This document shows positions 18,527 to 27,990 of a stretch of DNA of 64,000 bases, piece after piece. The notes below the pieces were generated by a model. The model ran no database searches. It had not been told where the DNA came from and saw nothing but the letters and a program-made list of their open reading frames with translations. Position 1 is the stretch's first letter. The number at the start of each line of letters is the position of its first letter. This DNA comes from a virus. Where the stretch lies: IMG/VR virus record IMGVR_UViG_3300044491_002068, positions 41,331 to 105,330 of that record; one strand, given 5' to 3'. The translations under genes and the position numbers were made by a program.

Positions 18527-20041
18527 CTACTTGCGAGTACTGCGAGGATGCTTCTTGGGGAGAAGATCATTGTCCGTAGTGTACTTTGGATTAGCAGGCT
18601 TACCGCTAGACGTTAGTTTCAAGAACGCATTGACACGCCCCATCGCCCACTGTTGCCTATTCATTTTAGGTCTATGCGTCTGAGAGAAAGCCCCTGCACC
18701 ACGGCGCCACACTGCTTTAAGCATCCCTAAAGTCACCTTGCGTTCCTCTTTACCACGCTTAACCATTCGCTCATTATGCTCTGTAACCTTGCCCTTTAGC
18801 GCATTCTCAACAGCATCAGATAGCGCTATGCCCCCACGTGTGCTTGCAGCCGAACCCGGCTTATTCTTATCTGACCCACGTACACGCTCTGAAGGCTTAG
18901 CAGGTGTTTTAGGGTCATTAGGACCATACGCCTTTGCTGATTTCTCTCGCTTCTTCCAAGACTCTGGAATAATATCAAGCCGACCAAGAGCACGAGCACG
19001 CTTCAAAATATGTCGCTTAGCGGCATCAGGGTCCTTCCCTAACCCAAACGCCTGAATCGCATTACGCAAATCCCCAACATCACGAATAGGGTACGACCCA
19101 TCAGGAAGTGCCCATCCACGCTTAGCATACTCGTCTCGGCGGCGGTCCGTATAGACACGCTTCTCTTCTATAGAATCGAACGACTTTGAAGTCCCCTCCA
19201 CCCTAGCAACAATATCCTTAGACCACGTATATCCAGCGTCACCGCCCCACAACGCCCAAGCAATTCGACCATTGGACGGGAAACCTTTCTCACCCGGACG
19301 ATAGCCTTCAGCCTTGGAATCACTTTGGTGCCTATCAAAAAACGCTTTCATACGTTTTACCGTTCGATAAGGAAGGTCTTTGCCATTCTTTATATCACGA
19401 GCACGAGCAATACCTACCATTGTCCCACCACGACCAAACTCTTTACGCCACTTAAGGGCACGCTCTGCCTCATCCACCATACCTGACGTGGGTTTAAAAG
19501 AATCGCTTGCTGCAGCCTTGGCGGAAACTAAACCACCGCCCGGAAGAGTCTCAATGCCACGAGGGCCACGCTCACGCAAATTTTCCCAAGTCTGACTATC
19601 CGTAACAACACGACGGGCGGGGCGAGCGGCACGAATAATACGGGAATTCCTACGGCCACCAGAGTTCCCGTGCGCCGCATTATGTTCCTCTGGAGTCCCA
19701 CACGGAGCCCATACACCTTGACGTGGCTGGTGAGCGCCAACACACCCTAAACGAACAGCAGCCATCTCAGCCTCCGCACGAGTAGAGAACATGGCTTTAT
19801 CCTTAACAGCCTTTAAATTAAAGAACTCTTCAACAACCTTCTTGCCCCGCTGCTTTTTCTTCCACTCCCTAAAAGCAGGATTACCTAATTCAATTAATTT
19901 TTGTAAGTCACGAGAAGACTCGCACGGACCCCAAGCGTCCTCGCTGACACGATGCGCCCCAGAACACCCCAATATTTCAGAAAGTTGCTCAGCAAGTTCC
20001 TTAGTTGGTACGGTCTGTTCTAAAATAGGGTCCTTTGCCAT
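18527..20041 (-). CDS. Modular head-associated protein (2x GCxGxH..PC modules, WALWGGD domain, LPDGSYPI domain, LKAVWRRG..WAMGRVN domain)
   Basis: Modules shared with the 27991 and 29838 ORFs; located just upstream of the MCP. Confidence 0.7.
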   Translation of the reverse strand: MAKDPILEQTVPTKELAEQLSEILGCSGAHRVSEDAWGPCESSRDLQKLIELGNPAFREWKKKQRGKKVVEEFFNLKAVKDKAMFSTRAEAEMAAVRLGCVGAHQPRQGVWAPCGTPEEHNAAHGNSGGRRNSRIIRAARPARRVVTDSQTWENLRERGPRGIETLPGGGLVSAKAAASDSFKPTSGMVDEAERALKWRKEFGRGGTMVGIARARDIKNGKDLPYRTVKRMKAFFDRHQSDSKAEGYRPGEKGFPSNGRIAWALWGGDAGYTWSKDIVARVEGTSKSFDSIEEKRVYTDRRRDEYAKRGWALPDGSYPIRDVGDLRNAIQAFGLGKDPDAAKRHILKRARALGRLDIIPESWKKREKSAKAYGPNDPKTPAKPSERVRGSDKNKPGSAASTRGGIALSDAVENALKGKVTEHNERMVKRGKEERKVTLGMLKAVWRRGAGAFSQTHRPKMNRQQWAMGRVNAFLKLTSSGKPANPKYTTDNDLLPKKHPRSTRK

Positions 20042-20592
20042 TACAACCCTCCAACTACTTTCAAAATTTGAGTAATAGCGGTAGTATCTTTCGTGGTTTC
20101 AGCAGACTTCAACAACGCATAAACTGCTTTAATGTCATCAACATAGGAGTCCGGTATATCGTCAGGGTCAACGTCTGGATTAGTTTCTAAGTCTTCACGT
20201 AAATCTGTGAACGCCTGAATAAGCCTACTTATCTGAGCAAACGAAACCAAGCCCGGATTAGCCGTGGGAAACATAGTGATATATGTTTGCAAATCTGCTT
20301 CAGATAAAGAATCAATATGCTTTTCCATCTTTTCCGACTCAGCATTATACTCTTTAATATCAGTTAACATAGAGTCATACTGATCTTCAGAAATCTCGGA
20401 AGCGTCAGGAAAAAAATGAAGAAGACGCTCGTCAGTGTAAATAGGGACATCGAAATCCCTCAACAACTCAAATTGCTCTACAATCTCTCGTGCCTCGTCT
20501 TCCCAACCACTGCGAGCAGTGAACTCTGCGGTTCTTTCATCAGACAACTTCAAAATAATAGCAGACTTTCCTTTTAGCAGAAAATATTTCAT
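20041..20592 (-). CDS. Hypothetical acidic protein (candidate immunity or partner of the giant protein)
   Basis: Translationally coupled downstream of the kinase-tipped giant ORF. Confidence 0.6.
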   Translation of the reverse strand: MKYFLLKGKSAIILKLSDERTAEFTARSGWEDEAREIVEQFELLRDFDVPIYTDERLLHFFPDASEISEDQYDSMLTDIKEYNAESEKMEKHIDSLSEADLQTYITMFPTANPGLVSFAQISRLIQAFTDLREDLETNPDVDPDDIPDSYVDDIKAVYALLKSAETTKDTTAITQILKVVGGL

Positions 20593-20792
20593 GACTTGTC
20601 CTCACGCATGATGTCCCAATATGAGTATCCGGAACGAACCAACTCTTCGATGGTTTTTGGAGATAGGATGGCAATCTCGCTAAGAAAATGTGCCTGATCT
20701 GCAGGTCGTAAGAAATCGGCTGTCGCTACACCGTCAACAAACGATACTGTTCCCCGCTTTTTGTTGTTTAAGTAAAATGTATATTTTTCCAT
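20589..20792 (-). CDS. Small hypothetical protein (candidate HipS-like antitoxin)
   Basis: 67 aa directly after the kinase domain; N-terminal beta-strand pattern YTFYLN.KKRGTV.F. Confidence 0.5.
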   Translation of the reverse strand: MEKYTFYLNNKKRGTVSFVDGVATADFLRPADQAHFLSEIAILSPKTIEELVRSGYSYWDIMREDKS

Positions 20793-20804
20793 AATAACCC
20801 TACT

Positions 20805-23800
20805 CTACCGTCTCCTGAGAATCATTGCAAGAACATCGTCAGTGCTAGCATTGAGTAACCACTCATAATTTTGATTTACTCTTCCAGCACCAACACTGAA
20901 CGTTGCGGTTGGCTGATGATTATCGAGACCACCTACAACCCCTTGTACATCATCATTGAAACTTCCTAAGTTTCGGTGGTTTTCACGCAAAGTTTCAAGA
21001 GCAGCCTCAACTTCACGGCGAACTCTTTGTCGGGATGCCGCACTGCGTGCTGCAGTTAGTCTAAGACCCGCAAGGAGATTATTTCGGGATGAACTCTCTG
21101 TCACCCATGCACGCATTCTTTCGGCTGGATCGTCCGCTACATTAGCGACACTGCCCCCGAACTTGCCCCCATTGAGACCGAAACCGTTATCAATCGGTAC
21201 AAGCGCCCATGGCGAATTATCGTTTCTCCGAGAAAACAAGAAGTTGTTTCTATGCCTATCAGTGTTTCCAGAAACCATGTCAAGTAGGGTTAAGCGAACA
21301 TGATCCCTAACAGAACCCGTATTAAGAGGAACGTCTACCGCCTGCTCAACCTGACCACCATGGTAGTTCTGAGCCAAATCTACAACAATTGTCGGAGTTT
21401 GTGTTCCCCTATTATTAGCCCGAGCAGCAGGACCGTCAAACCTGATTTGCCCCTGAGCAAAACCGAATCTTTCTCCTAAAGCAGCACCCAACGCCTCATT
21501 ATATGCCTCATCAGGAACAGCACCTCTACCACCGGAATATTTAACTCCAAAGAATTGACCAGTGTCACGATCACGGTATCGGTCCATACCATTAATTCCA
21601 CCACCCTGCGCAATAATCTCAAACCTTTTGTCAGGTCCTCCCGCATTTTGTTCAATTGCATCACGCAAGAACAAGTCAGGAACGTCGGCTAAATTGCCGC
21701 CTCCGGGGGCCATGAACTGCACGGCATCATCTTTAGTGTTTATGTTCTTGTTACCAATCTCAACCTGAGTGGTAATTAGTGCACGATTGTTATTATCTCC
21801 ACGCCCAAGGAACCTACGATAACCCCTTCGAACTGCCTGAACACGCTTAACTACGTTTCTACGAACGGGAGCACCGGGAGCATCGGGAGCATCGGGAGCA
21901 CCGGGGACATCGGGAGCATCGGGAGCACCGACAGGCTTGGGAGCAGACAACCCAGAAATATCAAGTCTTGCATCTCCGAGTGTCTCACCGATGGACAGGA
22001 AAACCCCTTCAGCCGGAGTAATTTGCAAGTCGTTCATTTCTAAATCAGGAATTCCGGCGTCATTCACTTCGGTCTTGAGCACGTCAAAATTTCTACTCGC
22101 CTCCTCGGAACTTAACCCCTTATTCCACGCAGCCCCTTGTATCCAGTTGTAAGCCGGAGTATTTCTACCCTTTGACCCGTCAGCAGAAGTAGGTAGCAAC
22201 CCATTAAGGAAATCAAAATGGCCCGGAACATTATCATAGTCGTCGTTGGCTATACCAACTTTTCCGCTCTCAACCAAAGCACGCAAACGATTACCACTAT
22301 CCTTATCGCCTACTACTAAACGAGCGGAAATCTGGAGTTTGGTGGGCTTGACCCCATTCGCTAAACTCTCGTAGTACTTGTCGTACTCTGTTAGGAGCCG
22401 TTGCGCACCATTATTTATGCCCTGTAAGTTACGAGGCTCTACCGCCCTAAATCCTTGTGCAGCCCATGCCGCTTTTCCTACATCAGCAGGACTAGTCTTA
22501 ACATTATCTATACCGATGCCCCTGTAAAACAGGAAAGCATTACTGTTAAACTCACTAGCAAAGCCTCCACCAACACTGAAGCCAACCATATTTTCGTCAG
22601 GCGCACCTCGTTGTGGGCCAAACCTGCCAGTATTAGGGTCGAAGACGGTCTTAGTCCCCAACGTAGCGTGGTAGACTTCAGTGTCGTCAGTGAAGGACCT
22701 ACTGAAACTATCATTAGGCCAGCCAGATCGTCTCAACTCATTGCCGACTAAAGTTTCGCTACCATCATCATTTAGACGATAAACCTTGAAACGTGATGAT
22801 CCACTAACACGAGAAGGTGCGCCGTCATTGGTAAAACGGATGTCTCCTTCATCTATAACAGGGGTAACAGTCTTTCTATAAGTCACGCCATTAATAGTTT
22901 GTGTACCAGCCGCTACCTCCACATTATGTGAAAACATCTTCTTGACGTACGCACGGCGCTCCTCAAGAGACTTCTTTTTGAAAGCCTCAAGACCAGTCAA
23001 AACTTGTCCGTCAGGCATGGTGTGAGTTACTTCGTATGGTCTATCATCACCATAACGGGCAGCAGCAATCTTATCCATCTGTGCTTGCCGTTGACGAGTT
23101 TTGCGGGCACGCTGACCTTTCCAGTCAAACGAAAGCAACTTCTTAATTCTGCTAGTAGAAGAAGACGAAGCAGGAATACTCTCTACCTGATCCTCCACGC
23201 TAGCAACAACGCCACGCCTGCGCTCCTCTTCTGCCTCTAAATCCCGAATTTGTTGTACAATGCCGCCCTCAAACTCTTCGGGTACGGCAGCAGCCAACGC
23301 CTCAAGATCATTTATCTGTCTAGCAATTGCGGAATCGTCACGATCTTCAATAGGTCGGTCATTTTGATAAACATTGTTAAGCCTTCGCCTCTCCCGCTCA
23401 TCACGAAGTGTTTGCCTGACCTTAAGTAGGTCGTCGTCTACCCCATTGATGCCAACCTGCAAGACATGCTGGTCAAGTGCAACCAACTCACCAACTACGT
23501 CGTCATCGCTCAGATTTTGTATGTCCGACTCGTTCAAAGCCTTAAGACGCTGAACTCTATCAGAAATGTTTTCGTCTGGGTCACCACCGTTCTCCAACAA
23601 ATCTCTGCGACGAGACTCTGCTCTCAACTTATCTATGGCTTGAGCGAGCCTGCGTGGGGGAGGACCGTTCCTATCCCTGCCCCAATTTCTATACTCACTA
23701 TCAAGGCGACCTAAATCACGAGCCAGATCATCGGGAGACATGTTACGAATGTCTGTATCACTCAACGCACGGATTCTTTCAATCTTGTCGTCAACATCCT

Positions 23801-26800
23801 CTACATCGCTAGCCTGCCTGACACTAGACTTAGGGTCATTATTGATAACCCTTTTTACGCTAGCACCATCCAAATTGCGTGCATTTGCAATAGCGTCACG
23901 ACGGTTAGGAGAAAGTCTCATCAAATGATCGCTAGCAGCCGCCTGAATTTCTTCATCAGAATTAGCGACCTCAACTTTACGAGAAAACTCGTTCAACTCT
24001 AAGAAGTCGTTAAGCCTGCGTTGCCACAGCCTACCCCTATCTGGCGCTGACTCACTATCGTCAACAAGGAGTTCTCTAATACGCCTACGCATATCGCTCA
24101 CACTGAAGTCGTTTGGATTAGAAACACCCAACTCTGTAGCCCACTGCTGTGCCAATTCGTCAAACTCGTTAAGAGCCTGATTTACGACATTTATTTGCTC
24201 ATCCCCAGTAAGCATATCAAAACGGTCTTCATCTTCTACTTGAGCGTGTCTACCATTCCAGAAGTCTCTTAACATATCGACATCAACAGGTATACGAGCA
24301 TCGGGAGAGACAGGACCATTGCGTTCTTCCCGCTCAGCCTTAAGTCGCTCTAATAGTTCCTTCTCTTCATCATCCAAATCTTTAATATTGTCCAAAGCAC
24401 GAATGAAGCGAGACAAATCATTATCATCAAGATTGTTGACGAAATCTCCAGTCATACCACCCTGCCGCAAATCGAAATCTTGCTGGCGCTCTTGCAATTC
24501 GTCTAACACATCTAGCGCTTCCTGATCTGGATCAGGAGAGACACTATCCGGAACAATATCTACACCATCAGCAGGGCCCCTATTGTCACGCTCAGCACGC
24601 AACTTATTGAGAATCTCTTGACCCTCTGTCCCCAGAATATCGTTGTCTAAGCCTTCTATAACATTGATGTACTTATCTAACTCATCATCATTCAAATTCT
24701 GAATAAAGTCACCGGTCATGCCGCCCTGTCGCATATCAAAGTCTTGCGCACGCTCCTGAAATTCGTCAAGCCCACGTAACCCTCGCTCCGTCCGAAGCCG
24801 CTGCAAAAGTTCTTGTTCCTCTTTGTCAGGATCAGGAATCTGCTCTAACGCATTAACAAACCTATCAAGATCGTTATCTTTCAGATTTTCAACAAAGTCA
24901 CCGGTCTTGCCGCCCCGACGCACGTCAAAGTCTTCCTGCATCTTCTGCATCTCGTCTAGAACCGCAAGGTAATCTTCATCTCCTGCATCACCCGGAACAC
25001 GAGGACGCTCGCCCGGAACGTCCATATCATTACCTAAATCAAGGTTTTCACTAAGATTACGGCGACGAATTTCATCCTCAATCATCTGGCTACGTGCAGC
25101 ACGGGTAGTATCGCCATCAAATCGTGGCGCCTCACGAGACCTTAGCAATTCTTCATCCGACATGTTTCGGATTTCTTTAGCCATACGACGCCTATCCTCG
25201 TCGCTCGTCGCCTCTCCCGGAACACGACGCCGCCCGCCCGGAACAAAGGGACGCCCGTCACCTTCATCACGAGGACGCCCGCCCGGAACACGAGGACGAC
25301 CGTCTCCGTCATCACGAGGACGCCCACCCGGAACACGAGGACGACCACCCGGAACATTGGCATCGCCATCCCCCGGACGACGATCACGACCACGCCGATT
25401 ACCCTGCATGGCATCACCAAGGCGCTCCAGCAATTCACCAAGTTTCTCAATACCAGCCAAGATAGCGTCAACAATTCGTGCACCAATATTACGACCGTCC
25501 TGATCCCTAGGAGGGTTATCAGTCATTCGACCAGCCTCAATATTAGCAGCCTTCTCCAAACGCTGAAAAGCATTGCGGATATCAGAAATATCGGCGTCGG
25601 CAAAATCATCACCGTTTACAACATCACGTAAATTCTCAAGAGCATCAGCAAACTCTTCGCCATTTAGAAGATTTTTTTCCTCGTCAGTTAAATCAGCATC
25701 GGAAACCTGCTCCCCTAGCGTCCTTCCAAGCCTACCCGGACGCCTATCTTCAGTCTTATCAAAAACATCAGACAATTTGCCCATAGTATCATCTAGGCGA
25801 GTTGTTGCTTCAGACAACTTGGACTTGGTATCAGGAGTTAAACGGCTCCCACCATCTCCGGGCTTTACATCCCGACGACGCTTGCGCCTATCCATAGCGT
25901 CTTCAATAGTTACACCTAAATCAACCAGACCATTAATTACACGCCTATTCAAAGAATAGCCACAATTGCGACCAAACTTGTCACTAATACGACCACCATA
26001 CCTAGTGCCCGGAGGGCAGCGATACCTGCTGATGTTTGTGTCAAAGATAGCACGAGTACGCCCACTAGTGATAACCTTAGGCTTCTTACGGGCTTTAAAG
26101 TCGTAATTAGCCTGATCTACAGATTGTACAAAAATATTTGTACGGGCCTCAATACTCTTTTTGTAATTCAAGTTATGAACATTTACAAATGTATCAGTCT
26201 TAGTAGAAACAAAGAAAGGATTCAATGACTTTGCTTCACCGGAAATCTCGTATACTGGAGCGTCCTTTGCACGTCGTGGTGCAGAGCGAGACAGGAACGT
26301 TTCATACACCCAGCGAGGAACTGTCAACATTTTCCCACCAGCCGCAACAACCTGAATCAACTCATTGTCAGCCTTTACCGGCTTGTAACTGTTATTAGTT
26401 ACACGACCAAATGAAACTTCAAACCTTCCTGAAGAATTAGTAACATACTCGTAAATAGCGGCAGAAGGATCAGGCAGATCAGCGGCCCGCCGAATAGAAG
26501 TTGGGAAAACTCTGCGTAAACTATCAATTTCTTCAGGTGACAACTCGCCACCAACTCGGCTAATCTTTAATGCACCAATTTCAGGGAACCCAATATAAAC
26601 ATCACGAAGTCCAGTAGAAAGCGCAGGGAAAGCCTCCCTACCAATCTGGCCAGAAGTGTAAACATCAATTAAAGAACCGTCAACAAGGTCATCAAACTCG
26701 TCAAGTTTCCCTAGAGCAGCAACAGAAACAACCGGCTCAAGAATAACTCCATCACGTCGCACTGTCCTAGCGGAAAAATCACTCTCAGCAATACGAGAAA

Positions 26801-27809
26801 GAACTAAATCTACAGAAGTCTCTCGTCTAGTGGGACTACCCTTCTTTGGAGCAACAGGAATCTGAGCAGCACGAATTATATCGTAAGCGCTCCTATTCTG
26901 ACGAAGATCACCAATCTCCCGCACCAACGTAGCATTCCTCGCTAACTGGGCCAAAGCACGCTGTGCACCAGCGGAAGGAGAACCGGGACCAATTTTAGGG
27001 ATACCTAAAATCTGAGCACCGCAAGTGCTGAACTGAGAATTGGTAAACGTGCCGCCCTTTTCAAAACCCGGAGGACAACGGTACTGATTACGTGCCCCAC
27101 GCCCAGCACCACTCAACAGACGACGACCCATACCACGAGCGCTTGGAAGACCACGCCCACCCCCCGGAGTCAGCGTCTCATAAATCTGTGATCGCACAGG
27201 ACTACGCACATCAGACAAGTCACCCGGAGCAAGCATAGTACCAACAGCCTGAATACCCTGAGCGGTACCCGAACTGCTACCAAATATTCCTACTCTCTTC
27301 TCCTCAAGACCGTCAGACATGGGTACACGCATGGAAGACGTGGCAAATAAAGCGGCCTTAAGATCGACAGCATTTTGTCTACCTGCAATGGGTTGAACTA
27401 AAACCCCATTGAAATCACGAGACTGCCGAACAACTAACCTAAACGCAGAGACATCAGTTATTTCCTGTGGAACGTATGCTGACTTCGCCCTGCGTGCACC
27501 AGTACGTACACTTCTGCGGACACTTCTACGCTTCCCGCCACGGCGACCATGGTGATTTCCTTCGTTTGGCCACTTCCCTGTAATCTCATGGTGAAGCCAT
27601 GCGCAAATACGCTGAGGCTTGCCACCAAACTGGGGCTTGTCCATTAGTGTTATAACGCAGCGTCGAAAGCCCCCCGGCTTCTTCATTATTGGACGCCAGT
27701 ACTTTATCAGTTTCTCTAGATTACCACGACGAGGACCACGCCCACGGAGAACTTCACCAGTAATTGCTTCCTGTGGAACACCCACTACTTCTTTAACGTC
27801 AATCGTCAT
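20805..27809 (-). CDS. Giant polyvalent head/internal protein with GNAT-like and C-terminal HipA/PI3-4K-like kinase domains
   Basis: Kinase motifs GVKY..E..NEALGA.L, NTDRHRNNFL and LVPIDNG; GNAT-like GGGFASEF...YR..G......DVGKAAWAAQGF; internal repeats. Likely start MTIDVKEV at 27809. Confidence 0.7.
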   Translation of the reverse strand: MTIDVKEVVGVPQEAITGEVLRGRGPRRGNLEKLIKYWRPIMKKPGGFRRCVITLMDKPQFGGKPQRICAWLHHEITGKWPNEGNHHGRRGGKRRSVRRSVRTGARRAKSAYVPQEITDVSAFRLVVRQSRDFNGVLVQPIAGRQNAVDLKAALFATSSMRVPMSDGLEEKRVGIFGSSSGTAQGIQAVGTMLAPGDLSDVRSPVRSQIYETLTPGGGRGLPSARGMGRRLLSGAGRGARNQYRCPPGFEKGGTFTNSQFSTCGAQILGIPKIGPGSPSAGAQRALAQLARNATLVREIGDLRQNRSAYDIIRAAQIPVAPKKGSPTRRETSVDLVLSRIAESDFSARTVRRDGVILEPVVSVAALGKLDEFDDLVDGSLIDVYTSGQIGREAFPALSTGLRDVYIGFPEIGALKISRVGGELSPEEIDSLRRVFPTSIRRAADLPDPSAAIYEYVTNSSGRFEVSFGRVTNNSYKPVKADNELIQVVAAGGKMLTVPRWVYETFLSRSAPRRAKDAPVYEISGEAKSLNPFFVSTKTDTFVNVHNLNYKKSIEARTNIFVQSVDQANYDFKARKKPKVITSGRTRAIFDTNISRYRCPPGTRYGGRISDKFGRNCGYSLNRRVINGLVDLGVTIEDAMDRRKRRRDVKPGDGGSRLTPDTKSKLSEATTRLDDTMGKLSDVFDKTEDRRPGRLGRTLGEQVSDADLTDEEKNLLNGEEFADALENLRDVVNGDDFADADISDIRNAFQRLEKAANIEAGRMTDNPPRDQDGRNIGARIVDAILAGIEKLGELLERLGDAMQGNRRGRDRRPGDGDANVPGGRPRVPGGRPRDDGDGRPRVPGGRPRDEGDGRPFVPGGRRRVPGEATSDEDRRRMAKEIRNMSDEELLRSREAPRFDGDTTRAARSQMIEDEIRRRNLSENLDLGNDMDVPGERPRVPGDAGDEDYLAVLDEMQKMQEDFDVRRGGKTGDFVENLKDNDLDRFVNALEQIPDPDKEEQELLQRLRTERGLRGLDEFQERAQDFDMRQGGMTGDFIQNLNDDELDKYINVIEGLDNDILGTEGQEILNKLRAERDNRGPADGVDIVPDSVSPDPDQEALDVLDELQERQQDFDLRQGGMTGDFVNNLDDNDLSRFIRALDNIKDLDDEEKELLERLKAEREERNGPVSPDARIPVDVDMLRDFWNGRHAQVEDEDRFDMLTGDEQINVVNQALNEFDELAQQWATELGVSNPNDFSVSDMRRRIRELLVDDSESAPDRGRLWQRRLNDFLELNEFSRKVEVANSDEEIQAAASDHLMRLSPNRRDAIANARNLDGASVKRVINNDPKSSVRQASDVEDVDDKIERIRALSDTDIRNMSPDDLARDLGRLDSEYRNWGRDRNGPPPRRLAQAIDKLRAESRRRDLLENGGDPDENISDRVQRLKALNESDIQNLSDDDVVGELVALDQHVLQVGINGVDDDLLKVRQTLRDERERRRLNNVYQNDRPIEDRDDSAIARQINDLEALAAAVPEEFEGGIVQQIRDLEAEEERRRGVVASVEDQVESIPASSSSTSRIKKLLSFDWKGQRARKTRQRQAQMDKIAAARYGDDRPYEVTHTMPDGQVLTGLEAFKKKSLEERRAYVKKMFSHNVEVAAGTQTINGVTYRKTVTPVIDEGDIRFTNDGAPSRVSGSSRFKVYRLNDDGSETLVGNELRRSGWPNDSFSRSFTDDTEVYHATLGTKTVFDPNTGRFGPQRGAPDENMVGFSVGGGFASEFNSNAFLFYRGIGIDNVKTSPADVGKAAWAAQGFRAVEPRNLQGINNGAQRLLTEYDKYYESLANGVKPTKLQISARLVVGDKDSGNRLRALVESGKVGIANDDYDNVPGHFDFLNGLLPTSADGSKGRNTPAYNWIQGAAWNKGLSSEEASRNFDVLKTEVNDAGIPDLEMNDLQITPAEGVFLSIGETLGDARLDISGLSAPKPVGAPDAPDVPGAPDAPDAPGAPVRRNVVKRVQAVRRGYRRFLGRGDNNNRALITTQVEIGNKNINTKDDAVQFMAPGGGNLADVPDLFLRDAIEQNAGGPDKRFEIIAQGGGINGMDRYRDRDTGQFFGVKYSGGRGAVPDEAYNEALGAALGERFGFAQGQIRFDGPAARANNRGTQTPTIVVDLAQNYHGGQVEQAVDVPLNTGSVRDHVRLTLLDMVSGNTDRHRNNFLFSRRNDNSPWALVPIDNGFGLNGGKFGGSVANVADDPAERMRAWVTESSSRNNLLAGLRLTAARSAASRQRVRREVEAALETLRENHRNLGSFNDDVQGVVGGLDNHQPTATFSVGAGRVNQNYEWLLNASTDDVLAMILRRR

Positions 27810-27978
27810 TAGAGTCCCCGTCATTCTTAAGCGGCTCAAAGACGTGAATTAAGCCGTCCTCATCTACATATTCTACAGGCTTTTTGTGTGCCGTGCTACC
27901 AAGAAACGCAGTCGCTCCAATATTTAGCAACGCTTCGTTTGCTAATATGACTCTTTTCGCAACGGATGATGGAGTCAT
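27799..27978 (-). CDS. Small hypothetical protein (59 aa)
   Basis: Below the track cutoff; GGAGG SD; MTPSSVAKRVILANEALLNIGA...DSNDD*; stop overlaps the giant gene start. Confidence 0.65.
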   Translation of the reverse strand: MTPSSVAKRVILANEALLNIGATAFLGSTAHKKPVEYVDEDGLIHVFEPLKNDGDSNDD

Positions 27979-27990
27979 TTAAGCCTCCGC

